This document shows, piece after piece, positions 39,178 to 52,842 of a stretch of DNA of 64,000 nucleotides. The number at the start of each line of letters is the position of its first letter. Positions within the stretch are counted from its first letter, which is position 1. Source of the stretch: Octopus vulgaris (lineage: Eukaryota); assembly GCA_951406725.2 (NCBI GenBank), contig OX597819.1:77128001-77192000 (forward strand), written 5' to 3'. The notes below the pieces were generated by a model. That model was not told the origin of the DNA. It made no database searches and saw only the letters and a program-made list of their open reading frames with translations. Both the position numbers and the translations under genes were made by a program.

Positions 39178-40340
39178 GCAGTGAGATAGCAGAATCGATA
39201 GCAAACCAAACAAAATGCTTAGAGATATTTCATCCAATTTTTACATTCTGAATTCAAATTCCACCAGGATCGAATTTGCCTTTCATAATTGAAAGGTTGA
39301 TAAGATAATTACGAGTTGAGCTCTGGAGTTCATGTAATTGACTAGTCCTCTTCTCCTTAAAATTTCAGGCTTTTTGCCTATAGTAGAGAAGATAATTATT
39401 ATTATTATTATTATTGTGGTGGCACATGGCTCACTGGTTAGAGCATCGAGCTTACGATCACGAGGTTGTGAGCTCAAATCCCGGACCGGGCTGCATGTTG
39501 TGTTCTTGAGCAAGACACTTTATTTCACGTTGCTCCAGTTCACTCAGCTATAGAAATGAATTGCGACGTCACAGGTGCCAAGATGTATCGGCCTTTGCCT
39601 TTCCCTTGGATAACACTGGTGGCGTGGAGAGGAGAGGCCAGTATGCATGGGCAACTGCTGCTCTTCCATAAACAAATTTGCCCGGACTTGTGCCTGGGAG
39701 GGTAACTTTCTAGGTGCAACCCCATGGTCTGTGTCATGACCGATGTGGGTCCCAGTATTATTATTATTAATGTGGTAAGTAGCTTACTAACCAACCACAT
39801 GGTTCCGGGTTCAGTCCCACTGCGTGGCATTTTGGGCAAGTGTCTTCTGCTATAGCCCCGGGCCGACCAATGCCTTGTGAGTGGATTTGGTAGACGGAAA
39901 CTGAAAGAAGCCTGTCGTATATATGTATATATATATGTGTATGTGTGTGTGTTTGTCCCCCTAGCATTGCTTGACAACCAATGCTGGTGTGTTAACGTCC
40001 CCGTCACTTAGCAGTTCGGCAAAAGAGACCGATAGAATAAGTACTGGGCTTACAAAGAATAAGTCCCAGGGTTGATTTGCTCGACTAAAGGCGGTGCTCC
40101 AGCATGGCCACAGTCAAATGACTGAAACAAGTGAAAGAGAGAGAGGCTGGCAGAATCATTAACATGTTGGACAAAATACTTAACAGAATTTCATCTGTCT
40201 TTATGAAATTCTCTCAAAATCAGCTTTGCCTTTCATCCTGTTGGGGGTCGATAAAATAAGTCCCAGCTAAATACTGGAGTCAATGTAATCAATGTACCCC
40301 CGTCCCCAAATTTGCTGGCCATGTGCCTAAATTTGAAATT
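39178..40340 (+). mobile_element. Head-to-tail cluster of four SINEs (B 39178-39390, C 39420-39745, A 39770-40140, B 40143-40340)
   Basis: Each carries its family motifs. The C and A copies retain CpGs and look young. Spacers are (ATT)n or short purine runs. Confidence 0.85.
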
Positions 40341-41445
40341 ATCATCATCATTTTCATTTCTTCTGTATTGAAATAACCATTTTTCATTTGTGTAGACACA
40401 ATGTCATCATTGAAGAATAAAAAGAAAATGTGCTTCACCATCAATGCTGATAATAATTTGAATATTTTGCTTTTATTCAGAAAAAACTTACATAAAAATC
40501 ATCTGCTTCTTTTGTCAATTCCATAATATATTTTATAATGTCTTAATATTATTGCTGAGCTATTAATTTTTATCTATAGTAATGCTTGCAATTATTCCTT
40601 ATTTCTTGTTTCCTTAGATTTTCAAAGATGCTTTTGTTTTTTAATATTCAAAATATATTTTTCTTTTTGATTTTTAATGTTTTTTTTTTTTTGTTATACA
40701 TACAAAGATAGCAGATAATCAGGAATGGGAATGGTGACCCTTTTCTTTCTTTTTTTTTTTTTTTCTACCTGGTTATATTTTCCTGGTTCCAAATTCCCAA
40801 TTGATAAATCTGCAGGTGACGAGGATGGGTTTTCACATATAATGAACAGTAATAGGAGCAGAAAAATCTTGAATCAAATGTCTTTAAAAAAAAAAAAAAA
40901 GATGCAAAAACAAATTTTTTAATCTAATTCAACTGAAATTTAACTTTTTAATCAATAAAAGAATTTTCAAGGTTACGTTATCTTTCTTTCATTGATTTTT
41001 TTTTTTAATTCAGTTTAGAGAACCAATTCCACATCCCTCTTTCCACAGCTTCTATTGCTACCCAACCACTATCACAGTTCACCAATTATCAACTTTATAA
41101 AGGGTACTTGAAACAAGATTCCGAAAACTAATATACGCATTAATATACACACACGTAAACACCTATACATGAGTGAATGAACAATCACAAGGAAGTAGCA
41201 CTCAACACACTTAGTTGCAGTTACATGTATTATGTATGTGTGTCTGTGTGCCTGTGTGTATGTATGCATATACATCTACACATATATACATGTGTGAATA
41301 TATATCTCTATAAATAGTTATGTATGTACCCATACATATGTCTCAGTCTGTCTATATATATATATTTGTAAGTATAAATACATAACATTTTATTTTATTT
41401 TACTTTTTTATTTCATTTTGAATTGTTTATGCTTTGTTTTTATAG

Positions 41446-41466
41446 ATACTGACTCTGCCCACTCAG
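41446..41466 (+). CDS. NCX: Candidate 21-nt NCX microexon (DTDSAHS), phase 1 to 1
   Basis: U-rich AG-free zone of ~70 nt, TGC at 41430-41432, tttttatag acceptor, ATACTGACTCTGCCCACTCAG, donor CAG|gtaaat. Frame-preserving with no stop. Confidence 0.72.
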
Positions 41467-42678
41467 GTAAATGTGTGAAAAGCAGCTAGTGCTTAGATTT
41501 TTAGGTGTTTTGATTGTTAGAAGCAATGAGGCTGTTGGCTGGCAATCTTTGTTTAATTTCTTTTTCTATATTTTTTTTTTGTTTACTTTATTAGTATAAA
41601 ACCATGTAGTTTTTTTATTAGTGTGTGGCTGCATTAAAGATGAATAGTTGCCCGGCTCTTTTCACTTTTATAAGCATGTTTATATACGTGAAAAAAAAAT
41701 CTTGGGGTTTGACAATGTGGAAAAGCCTCTGCCTGGATTTTTTTACCTGTATTTTTTCCTTCCACTCCTTAGAGATTTCATTTATTTATTTATTTTTTCC
41801 AAAATTTCTTTGCAGTACAGGAAATTATTAGACTACTTACAATTAAAATATTTCCTTGTTTAGATTGAGGAATGCTAACTACAGCCCTGCATGATTTCTC
41901 AGCCCTTTCTCTCTCCAGTCTCTATCTTTCTCTCTCTCTCTTTTTTACACACACACACACACACTCTCTCTCTCTCTCTCTCTAGCAGAAATGAAATATT
42001 CCAATAGATCTGACATTTTACTAGTAGCTCATAGGCCTTTGGTGCTAATTCACATCAACAATATTTATTTGGACTTTTTGGTCAAGTGCTTAATCATACT
42101 TTATCCCACCTAGTTGTCAAGAACAGATGCCAGATTTTGTGGCATTGTTATCTCAGTTAGACTGGCATCTCATCATCATCATCATCATCATCATTGTCAT
42201 CCTCATTTCAACATGTACTTTACCATATTTAGATTTTTCTATGGCTGGATGCCCTTCCCATGTCAGCTGTTGCTTATTTCAAGACAAAGTAATAAATCTG
42301 TCAATCTATCAAACAGTAAACTACCTGGACATACATTTTACAAATGACCCTGTTTATAGGAATGGGGAAGCTTTTGTTCACAAACAGCTTGCAACATGTG
42401 AAGATGAGAGTAAATACAAATTCACTCGCAAACACACTCATGCACATAATCATCATTATTTAACATCCGTTTTTCCTTGCTGGCATGGGTTGGATGGCTT
42501 GACAGGCCAGGGCCCACACCAGGCTCCAAAGTCAGTTTTGGCTTGGTTCCTACAGCTGGATGACCTTCCTAATGCCAACCGCTTTACAAAGTGTACTAGG
42601 TGCTTTTTACACTGCACCAGCACCAGTGTTTTTTTTTCTTGTGGTACCTTGGTTTTAGGATCTCAATTCTGTTGTGGT

Positions 42679-42680
<2 letters not shown>

Positions 42681-42726
<46 letters not shown>

Positions 42727-42839
42727 TTGTATGTATGCATATATATATATATGTATTTGTATGTATATATATATATATGTGTTTGTATGTATATATATAT
42801 ATATATGTATTTGTATGTATATATATATATATATGTATG

Positions 42840-42870
<31 letters not shown>

Positions 42871-43338
42871 ATATATATATATATGTATATGCATATATAT
42901 ATATATATGTATATGTATGTATATATATATATATATATGTATTTGTATGTATATATGTATATATATATATATATATGTATTGATGTATATATATATATAT
43001 GTATATGCATGTATATATATATATATGTATATGCATGTATATATATATATATGTATATGCATGTATATATATATATATGTATATGCATGTATATATATAT
43101 ATATGTATATGCATGTATATATATATATATGTATATGCATGTATATATATATATATGTATATGCATGTATATATATATATGTATGTATATGTATGTATAT
43201 GCATGTATATATATATATGTATGTATATGTATGTATATGTATGTATATATATGTATATATATATATATATGTATATGTATGTATATATATATATGTATAT
43301 GTATGTATATACATATATATATGTATATACATACATAT
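42681..43338. repeat. Compound (TA)n/TATG array of ~660 bp with a 26-bp higher-order unit
   Basis: Visible directly; TGCATG recurs at 43006, 43032, 43058, 43084, 43110, 43136, 43162 and 43200. Confidence 0.95.
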
Positions 43339-44809
43339 TTTCTTTAGTTTCTGTCTACCAATTTCAGTCAAGGTATTGATCAACCCACAGTTAAAGTAGA
43401 GAACACCAGTTTGTCAATGTCCATGCAGTTGCCTGAAGCCCAAGCAGATCTTGGGGCTCAATTATGGTCTATGTATTCTGTCAAATTAATAAACATTATG
43501 GGCCCAGTACATTGATTTACCTGGGGGCCTATAATAATGCATAGGAAAACCCTGCTGTAGACAGTGTCAACTTGGCTATATAATTTCAAAGTAAATTCTT
43601 AACAACACAGCTCATGCCAGGGGGTAAATTTTTCTTCTTTTGATTCCATAACACAAGAAAACAGGAGACAAGCGCACATAAATGCATGGAGGAACCTTTA
43701 TATGTAAAAGCCCTCCCAAAGTGGTTCGTTGACTCACTAGAAATAGCAGCCAACTTTCCTTCAAAGCATCCCAGACTGACTTTAAGAAAGGACAGGCACA
43801 CTGGATAATATGCCTTTTAGTGCTGTCTGAAATAAAACATAGAATGGTTGTAGCTTGAACACCTTTTGTTATACTTTATCTCTTCAATCAAGACTGGGAA
43901 GAAGTTAAGCAATACATGTATCATCCACAAGCATCCATACATACACAAATGTGCATACACTCGCACACATGCACCATATACATTCAAATATATATCTGTG
44001 TATGTATGTACACACATACACACTCACCCCCCCCCCCACACACACACACACATAAATACACATATGATAAAATAGCATTCAAGTACTTAAGTACTTAAAT
44101 CTATCTTAATGTGTTGGAGCACAGTTGTATACTGAAGATATTTTTATCAGATGATTTTAAGCAGGTGATTTGGGGAAAGAATATTTGTACGCAATCAGAA
44201 AAAAATAAAACCGTCTTACTTGCACTCCAAAATACTCAAGGTGTTTCAGTGTTAATATATATGTACACATGTGTGTGTATACACACACACATACACACAT
44301 ATATCTCATGAATATTTTACAACTAGTCAATGTCCAGTCTCATTGTGTAACCCCAGGTCAGCCAAAGTATAGCTTGACCCATGATGAAATATATTCTGGC
44401 TGTCTATCTTTTTAAGGATCTAAAGGACAACATACACAAGCTAGGAGCATTTATCCACTGAGGCCTTTGCTTTTGTAAAAATTACAAAGTGTGATTTGAG
44501 GGAAATTTGGCTGCAATTTTAACAATTTACATGAGTGCAAAGAAGTAAAATATCCATTAAAGAATTCTACGACAGTTAAGTTCTACTAAAGATTGAAAGG
44601 CATATGTGTGTATAAATGCTTTTCAACAACATTTATATTTAAAAGATATTTAATCTTGCAGTTATTTTAGAGTTAAAACTAAAAATAGATGAGGAAGAGC
44701 TGGCAATAAGAATTTAAGAATCTTGTCAAGATTTCTTCTATCAAGTCTCTTTAACCATAGTCAATTTTTCTCCAGGTTTGTTGTATATAACTAACCAGTG
44801 ATTCACTAT

Positions 44810-44975
44810 CAGGACCAGCCCTTGGGTTACTGGCGCCCTGGGCAAGCTGAACTTCAGTTCCCTTACTAGTATAATGTTTTAAAACTTTCACAGGGAGAAA
44901 AATTGAAAATGTAGACTAAAAAACACATGGCACCCCAGGTTACTGCCTGAGTTGTCGGTACCTTGAGTCAGCCCT
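44810..44975. mobile_element. Short hAT-like MITE, decayed
   Basis: Ends caggaccagccct / gagtcagccctg with GC-rich subterminal ggcgccctgggc / ggcaccccagg. Confidence 0.5.
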
Positions 44976-45019
44976 GTTCACAATCAGTAACCCACTTGTA
45001 AGAATATTTGTAATGAAAT

Positions 45020-45240
45020 AAGGTGGCAAGCTGGCAGAATCATTAGCATGCTGGGCAAAGTGCTTAACAGCATTTTGTCCATCTTTACATTCTCAGTTCA
45101 AATGCTGCCGAGGTCGACTTTGCCTTTCATCCTTTCAGGGTCAATAAAATAAGTACCAGTTGAGCTCGGGGGGTGAGGGGGTCGATGTAATTGATTTATC
45201 CCTTCCCCCAAAATTGCTGGCCTTGTGCTAAAATTTAAAA
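45020..45240 (+). mobile_element. SINE family B
   Basis: ggtggcaagctggcagaatc...gaggtcgactttgcctttcatcctttcagggtcaataaaataagtaccag. Confidence 0.85.
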
Positions 45241-46978
45241 CTAGAAGCAGGCCTCATGAGATATGACTTATTAAGTGGGCAGCACTACTAAAACAAATTC
45301 AAGGTAATATTTCATTAGGTATGCCATTCAGAAAGTCCCGTGGGCCACATGTTACCATGTGCTACATTTTGCCTTTGACTGGTTTATGGGTTACTGTAAA
45401 TAGGTTTTGAAAATATTCAAGAATTTGAATAGGGTCTTAGTCACTTAACTAACTTTTTATCATTTATAGAGAGTCATTGATGAGGTGACAGAATATGTGA
45501 CAAAACAGCTTTACACAAAGAAACTAAAATAATAATCATTATCATCACCATTATCATCATCGTTTAACATCTGTTTTTCATGCTGGCATGGGTTAGATAG
45601 TTGATAGGGAGCTGTCCAGATTCCAGCTGTGTGTTGAGGCATGGTTTCTACAACTGGATACCCTTCTAACACCAACCACTTAACAGAATAAGCTGTGAGA
45701 CTTTTATGTGCCACCAGCACAGGTGCTTTTTAGGTGACACCAACACCTGAAAGGTCAAGCCTGTATGTGTGGAAAACTGCAGTTTTACTTAGCTTGACAT
45801 GTCTTATCAAGTATAGCAAATCGCCACTAATAATAGAGCTGAAGTGAAGGCCAAATATATAGTGCAAGTGTTTAATTGGCAAAATATGACCATCCCCAAC
45901 TATAACAACTTTTTATCTTTTATTGCTTTATTAAGTTGGTGTTGGAGTATAACTTAAGAGAAGACTCCTGCATACAATTATGATAGGTGTTTTTTTAAAT
46001 ATGGATGATACAAAACAAGGGGTTGCCCAAAGTAATCAGTATTTGATGAGTAAGCTTGTTGTATCAGAAGAGTATATTAAGGGAGATTTGTAAAATGAAA
46101 GTATATAAACATTTCTTGATACTGCTTACCCTGCAGCATAATTGAATATGTTTCCACTTACAAAATTAAATAAAATAATTTTTCTACTTTAGGTTGTCTT
46201 TAAGCACCACAGAGACAAGTATAATCTCTTAACATACTATTAAGCATCTCTCACAAAGTGAAATTAACCTATTGATATTTATAAAGATAGAATTGAAGAG
46301 CAACGGAAATAGTTTTCAAATATTTCACACTATTCTGCTGTCATACACCACTTAAACAAACACATGCATATTAATTACATATAAATGTATATACACATAT
46401 GCATGCCTATATATTTTTATATTATTTTTATATATGTACATATATACATACACTGGCATGCTTATACATGGGCACACCTACACATTTATTGCTGATGTTT
46501 ATACTTAATTTCCCCATCAATGACTTTTGCTAACTAGTGTGCCATTTAAAGAAGGATATTAGTTCCAATGTTAGTAATTTAGAAATTTAGTAAATAGAAG
46601 ACTTCTCTTCTGACTCCAGTATGTTTTAATGATTTTGCTTTATTAATTTTAATTTTGCAGTTTCTTCTAATATTCTAACTGGTCACAAGACCTTTTGAAA
46701 TATGCAGTTTGCTGTATTAACTCATGTCCTAGGCTAGCATTTGAAAAAAAAATTGGCAATGCATGCCATTATCCCCTTGCATTAGCAAACTTTTAAGCAT
46801 TAGTGAATCTTGGCCATGTAGTTTGAGTGAAAATCTTTTTCAGGATTTTTTTCTTTTTCTTACTTTTGTATTCAATATTTTATTACAGTTAATTCTAGAA
46901 TGTGAATTGCTTCACTTAAGTCTATCTATATATGGATGATCTTATGTACTTGTGCATGTGCATACAAGTATGTGTGTG

Positions 46979-47022
<44 letters not shown>

Positions 47023-47430
47023 TATGTGTGTGTGTGTGTGTGTATTTTTATGGATGGGTATATATATAATAGGTGCCTACATGAACAAATATAAAGTACT
47101 CAGCACAAGTGTGGAGTAAAATATGTGTGGGTGTATTATATGTAAAGCTATAATCTATTAAAAGATAAAAGATTGTCACTTTAGATTTCATACAAGGTTA
47201 AACGAGGTAAGCTTCAGATGATAAGCAACCATTCTTGTAAAAAAAATTTTTTTTTAAATGGATATATTTCTTGATTTTTTTCTAAGAGAAAAATGGTTCA
47301 GTTTATCATTTGAAAATTATTCAGTTACTTAACTAAGTATGAAATTTGAAGTAATGATGTCTTTCCTTTACTGTGTGTGCGTATGTATATATATATATAT
47401 TTGAACACACACACACACAAACATATACAC

Positions 47431-47491
<61 letters not shown>

Positions 47492-47790
47492 GACATACAT
47501 GCACACAGACACACACACACACACACACATGTAGTGCAGCACCTCACATATCTATGCACCAAATGCTAAACGCTTTTGCTTTGAAAACATGAACAGTTTA
47601 TGGCTTTTTTTTTTTTCTGTTATACTTCCAAACATTTGTTTACCTTATCTATATATTTTCAAAGTAAATCTTGCATAGATAATTGAAAAAGGTTAATATT
47701 TATTTTACTTCGGATTTTTTTTTTTCTAATAATATTTATTTGCTTTTTTACCTTTCAATATTTGTATTTCTTCTACATATTTTGGTATAG

Positions 47791-47818
47791 ATATCGCACA
47801 CCTTCTAGGTGTAGTTAG
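47791..47818 (+). CDS. Candidate NCX microexon: 18 nt (to 47808, DIAHLL, phase 1 to 1) or 28 nt (to 47818, phase 1 to 2)
   Basis: ~95-nt U-rich AG-free zone, acceptor ggtatag at 47789-47790, two possible donors (TAG|gtgtag, TAG|gtatct), U-rich downstream flank. No stop in phase 1. Confidence 0.4.
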
Positions 47819-48106
47819 GTATCTTTCAATTTCTTTTTTCTTTTTTTTTTACCTTTTTTTTTTAATCAATATTTAAAATTTGCCTTCTCTTTAAAATGCA
47901 CGTCTGTTAAATTTGCAGATACTTCTTTATGCTATTTTAGTTTCACTTCTTGTCTGTGTCACATTAACCCTATTATTGTTGATGTTTTTGTAGCTGTAGT
48001 ATATTTACAGTTATTTTTGTTTGTTGTTTTCTCCTCTGTAAAAATGTATTTCATTCTTTTTTCTTCAGTTGATTTTAAAATTTGTGATCATCATCATCAT
48101 CATCAT

Positions 48107-48418
48107 GTATATATATATGTATGTATGTATATATATGTATGTATGTATATATGTATGTATGTATGTATATATGTATGTATGTATATATATATGTATGTAT
48201 GTATATATGTATGTATGTATGTATATATGTATGTATATATATATGTATGTATATATGTGTGTATGTATATGTATGTATGTATATATGTGTGTATGTATAT
48301 GTATGTATGTATATATGTATGTATATATATATGTATGTATATATGTGTGTATGTATATGTATGTATATATGTATGTATGTATATATGTATGTATGTATAT
48401 ATGTATGTATGTATAAAT

Positions 48419-48457
<39 letters not shown>

Positions 48458-48492
48458 AATATGTATATATATATATATGTATGTATATATAA

Positions 48493-48529
<37 letters not shown>

Positions 48530-48971
48530 TGTATATATATATGTGTATATATATATGTGTATATGTATATATATGTATATATATGTATATATATATATGT
48601 ATATATATGTATATATATGTATATATATATATATATGTATGTATATATGTATATATATATATATGTATGTATATATGTATATATATATATATATGTATGT
48701 ATATATGTATATATATATATATGTATGTATATATATATATATATGTATGTATATATGTATATATATATATATGTATGTATATATATATATATATGTATGT
48801 ATATATGTATATATATATATATATGTATGTATATATGTATATATATATATATATGTATGTATATATGTATATATATATATATGTATGTATATATGTATAT
48901 ATATATATATATGTATGTATATATGTATATATATATATATGTATGTATATATGTATATATATATATGTATG

Positions 48972-49004
<33 letters not shown>

Positions 49005-49079
49005 ATATGTATGTATATATGTATATATATATATATGTATGTATATATGTATATATATATATGTATGTATGTATATATG

Positions 49080-49110
<31 letters not shown>

Positions 49111-49143
49111 ATATATATGTATGTATATATGTATGTATATATG

Positions 49144-49176
<33 letters not shown>

Positions 49177-49641
49177 GTATGTATATATGTATATATATAT
49201 GTATATATATATGTATATATATATATATGTATGTATATATGTATATATATATGTATGTATATATGTATATATATATGTATGTATATATGTATATATATAT
49301 GTATGTATATATGTATATATATATGTATGTATATATGTATATATATATGTATGTATATATGTATGTATATATGTATGTATATATGTATGTATATATGTAT
49401 ATATATATGTATGTATATATGTATATATATATATGTATGTATATATGTATATATATATGTATGTATATATGTATATATATATGTATGTATATATATGTAT
49501 ATATATGTATGTATATATATGTATATATATGTATGTATATATATGTATATATATGTATGTATATATATGTATATATATGTATGTATATATGTATATATAT
49601 ATGTATGTATATATATGTATATATATGTATGTATATATATG

Positions 49642-49707
<66 letters not shown>

Positions 49708-49709
49708 TG

Positions 49710-49754
<45 letters not shown>

Positions 49755-49853
49755 GTATATATATATATGTATGTATATGTATATATATATATATGTATAT
49801 ATATGTATATATATGTATGTATATATATGTATATATATGTATGTATATATATG

Positions 49854-49890
<37 letters not shown>

Positions 49891-50013
49891 GTATATATAT
49901 GTATGTATATATATATATGTATGTATATGTATATATATATATATGTATATATATGTATATATATGTATGTATATATATATATGTATGTATATGTATATAT
50001 ATGTATGTATATG

Positions 50014-50050
<37 letters not shown>

Positions 50051-50337
50051 GTATATATATGTATGTATATATATGTATATATATATGTGTATATATGTGT
50101 ATATATATGTATGTATATATATATGTATATATATATGTATATATATATGTATATATATATGTATGTATATATATGTATATATATGTATATATATGTATAT
50201 ATATATGTATATATATGTATATATATATGTATATATATGTATATATATATGTATATATATGTGTATGTATATATATGTATATATATATGTATGTATATAT
50301 ATGTATATATATATATGTATATATATGTATATATATG

Positions 50338-50374
<37 letters not shown>

Positions 50375-50763
50375 GTATGTATGTATATATGTATGTATAT
50401 ATGTATGTATATATATATATATATGTATGTATATATGTATATATGTATGTATATATATATATATATGTATGTATATATATATATATATATGTATGTATAT
50501 ATATATATATATATATGTATGTATATATATATATATATGTATGTATATATATATATATATATATGTATGTATATATATATATATATGTATGTATATATAT
50601 ATATATATATGTATGTATATATATATATATATATATGTATGTATATATATATATATATGTATGTATATATATATATATGTATGTATGTATATATATATAT
50701 GTATGTATATATGTATATATATATATATGTATATATGTATATATATATATATGTATGTATATA

Positions 50764-50796
<33 letters not shown>

Positions 50797-50843
50797 ATAT
50801 ATATATATGTATGTATATATGTATATATATATATATGTATGTA

Positions 50844-50896
<53 letters not shown>

Positions 50897-50921
50897 ATAT
50901 ATATATATGTATGTATATATG

Positions 50922-50972
<51 letters not shown>

Positions 50973-51044
50973 GTATGTATATATGTATATATATATGTAT
51001 GTATATATGTATATATATATGTATGTATATATGTATATATATAT
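48107..51044. repeat. Giant compound (TA)n/(TATG)n array, ~2.9 kb
   Basis: Almost pure pyrimidine-purine alternation with essentially no C on the + strand. Source of the 850-1009 aa Y/I/M/V/C pseudo-ORFs. Confidence 0.98.
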
Positions 51045-51529
51045 GAATGGTAAAAACAGATACTTTGGTTTGTTTGTTTTTATCTGATTACGGTTAGTTA
51101 AATTTAATACATCCTCTTTGCTTTAATAGACATCTGATTCAAAATATTTTATGCATATTGTTTTGTTGGGATTTTCTACATTTTAAAAGGCTCTAAGCTA
51201 TAGGTCTATTTACAAACAAACATAGCTGAAGTCAAGGTTTTACGATATCTGAATCCTTAAAATAATGCATCCTACTTTTAAAATTCTATCATTAGTATTG
51301 CAAATCTACTTGTTCTTGTAACAGACAGTATTTTGATTTCCTCAGTTGTAAATTCAATGGTCACCTCAAAAAACTTAGTTTCCTGCATTAAAGCATATTC
51401 CTCTCTTAAATGGCACATCTGCCTTGCATATATTTTCCCCTCAGCAGTTGTTCCTCAAAAGTTCAAACCAGACATTACTTCAGTTCCTGACTCACTTTTG
51501 GCATCTGAGTGGTCATGGAGAACAACTTC

Positions 51530-51921
51530 ACCTTTCATCTTTTCAGTGGGGAAGCGGGTGTCAATAAAATAAATACCAGTTGAGCATTGGGGTTCAATGT
51601 AATCAACTAGCCCCTCCCCCAAAATTGCTGGCCTTGTGCCAATAGTAGTAAGGATTATTGTTATCATTATTATTATTATTATTATTTAAGGTGGTGAGCT
51701 GGCAGAATCATTAGCACGCCAGGCAAAAATGCTTAGCAGTATTTCATCTGCCGCTATGTTCTGTGTTCAAATTCTGCCACGGTCAACTTTGCCTTTCATC
51801 CTTTCGGGGTCGATAAATTAAGTACCAGTGAAACACTGGGGTCGATGTAATTGACTCATCCCCTCCTCCAAAATGGACACCCTTGTAGCAAAATTTGAAA
51901 CCATTATTATTTTTATTATTA

Positions 51922-51973
<52 letters not shown>

Positions 51974-52210
51974 CATTATTATTATCATCAAGGCAGTAAG
52001 CTAGCAGAATCATTAGCATGCTAAGCAAAAATACTTAGCTGCATTTCTCCATCTTTACATTCTGAGTTCAGATTCTGGCAAGGTTGACTTTGCCTTTCAT
52101 TCTTTCAGGGTTGATAAAATAAGTGCCAGTTGAGCAGTAGGGTCAATGCAATTGACTTGCCCCCTCCACCGAAATTGCTGGCCGTGAACCAAAATTTGGA
52201 ATTATTATTA

Positions 52211-52257
<47 letters not shown>

Positions 52258-52460
52258 GGGAGGGGGTAGTAGTAGTAGTAGTAATTTCACAGTCATTAGA
52301 ACTTCAAACAAAATACGTTGCAGTATTTGTTCTGGCTCTTTATTTTCTGAGTTCAATCCCAGCCAAAGTCACATTTATAAAGTATTAGTTAAGTGCGTTT
52401 GGCAATTTAATTTACTAACCCTCTCCTCCCCAATTTCTGGCCTTGTGTTCCATATCAGAA
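51530..52460 (+). mobile_element. Four tandem SINE family B copies separated by (ATT)n
   Basis: Copies at ~51530-51655, 51690-51903, 51990-52200 and 52290-52460. Confidence 0.8.
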
Positions 52461-52842
52461 ACTACTATCACTAAAAGTCAGTGAAGAGAGAAGAGAAATT
52501 GTACTAAGTAACCTTTGCAATCTCTCACATGATGTTGTCAAAACCCAGTCTAAAACCTGGTGTTTTGAAACTTGTTACTGTCATTGTTGTGTCTATTGCT
52601 AAGCTATTTAATGTTTGCTCAGTCCACTTAGCTGTAAATAGGCACAATGCGGAAGAAACAACTCACTACTCTCAGTTGCCACAGCCCTGTGTAATCAACA
52701 AGTATTTTGTAAACTTGTAGTGTTGAGTTCAGCTCTTTGTGTGATTATTACTTTGTGTTTTATGGACTCTACATTGCTGTCTACCCTTGTTTCTCAGATA
52801 ATCTACAAGGTGTAATGGGCAAAACCTTCATCTGTTTTCCAA

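Noticed and set aside
39420-39492. tRNA-like sequence with A and B boxes
   Set aside because: Head of a SINE that continues into the family body; not a stand-alone tRNA gene.
42127-43399. ORFs of 126-406 aa on both strands
   Set aside because: Made of an RTE-tail repeat plus the TA array; no protein signal.
48017-51087. ORFs of 852-1009 aa
   Set aside because: Translations of a TA/TG microsatellite, which lacks stop codons by composition.
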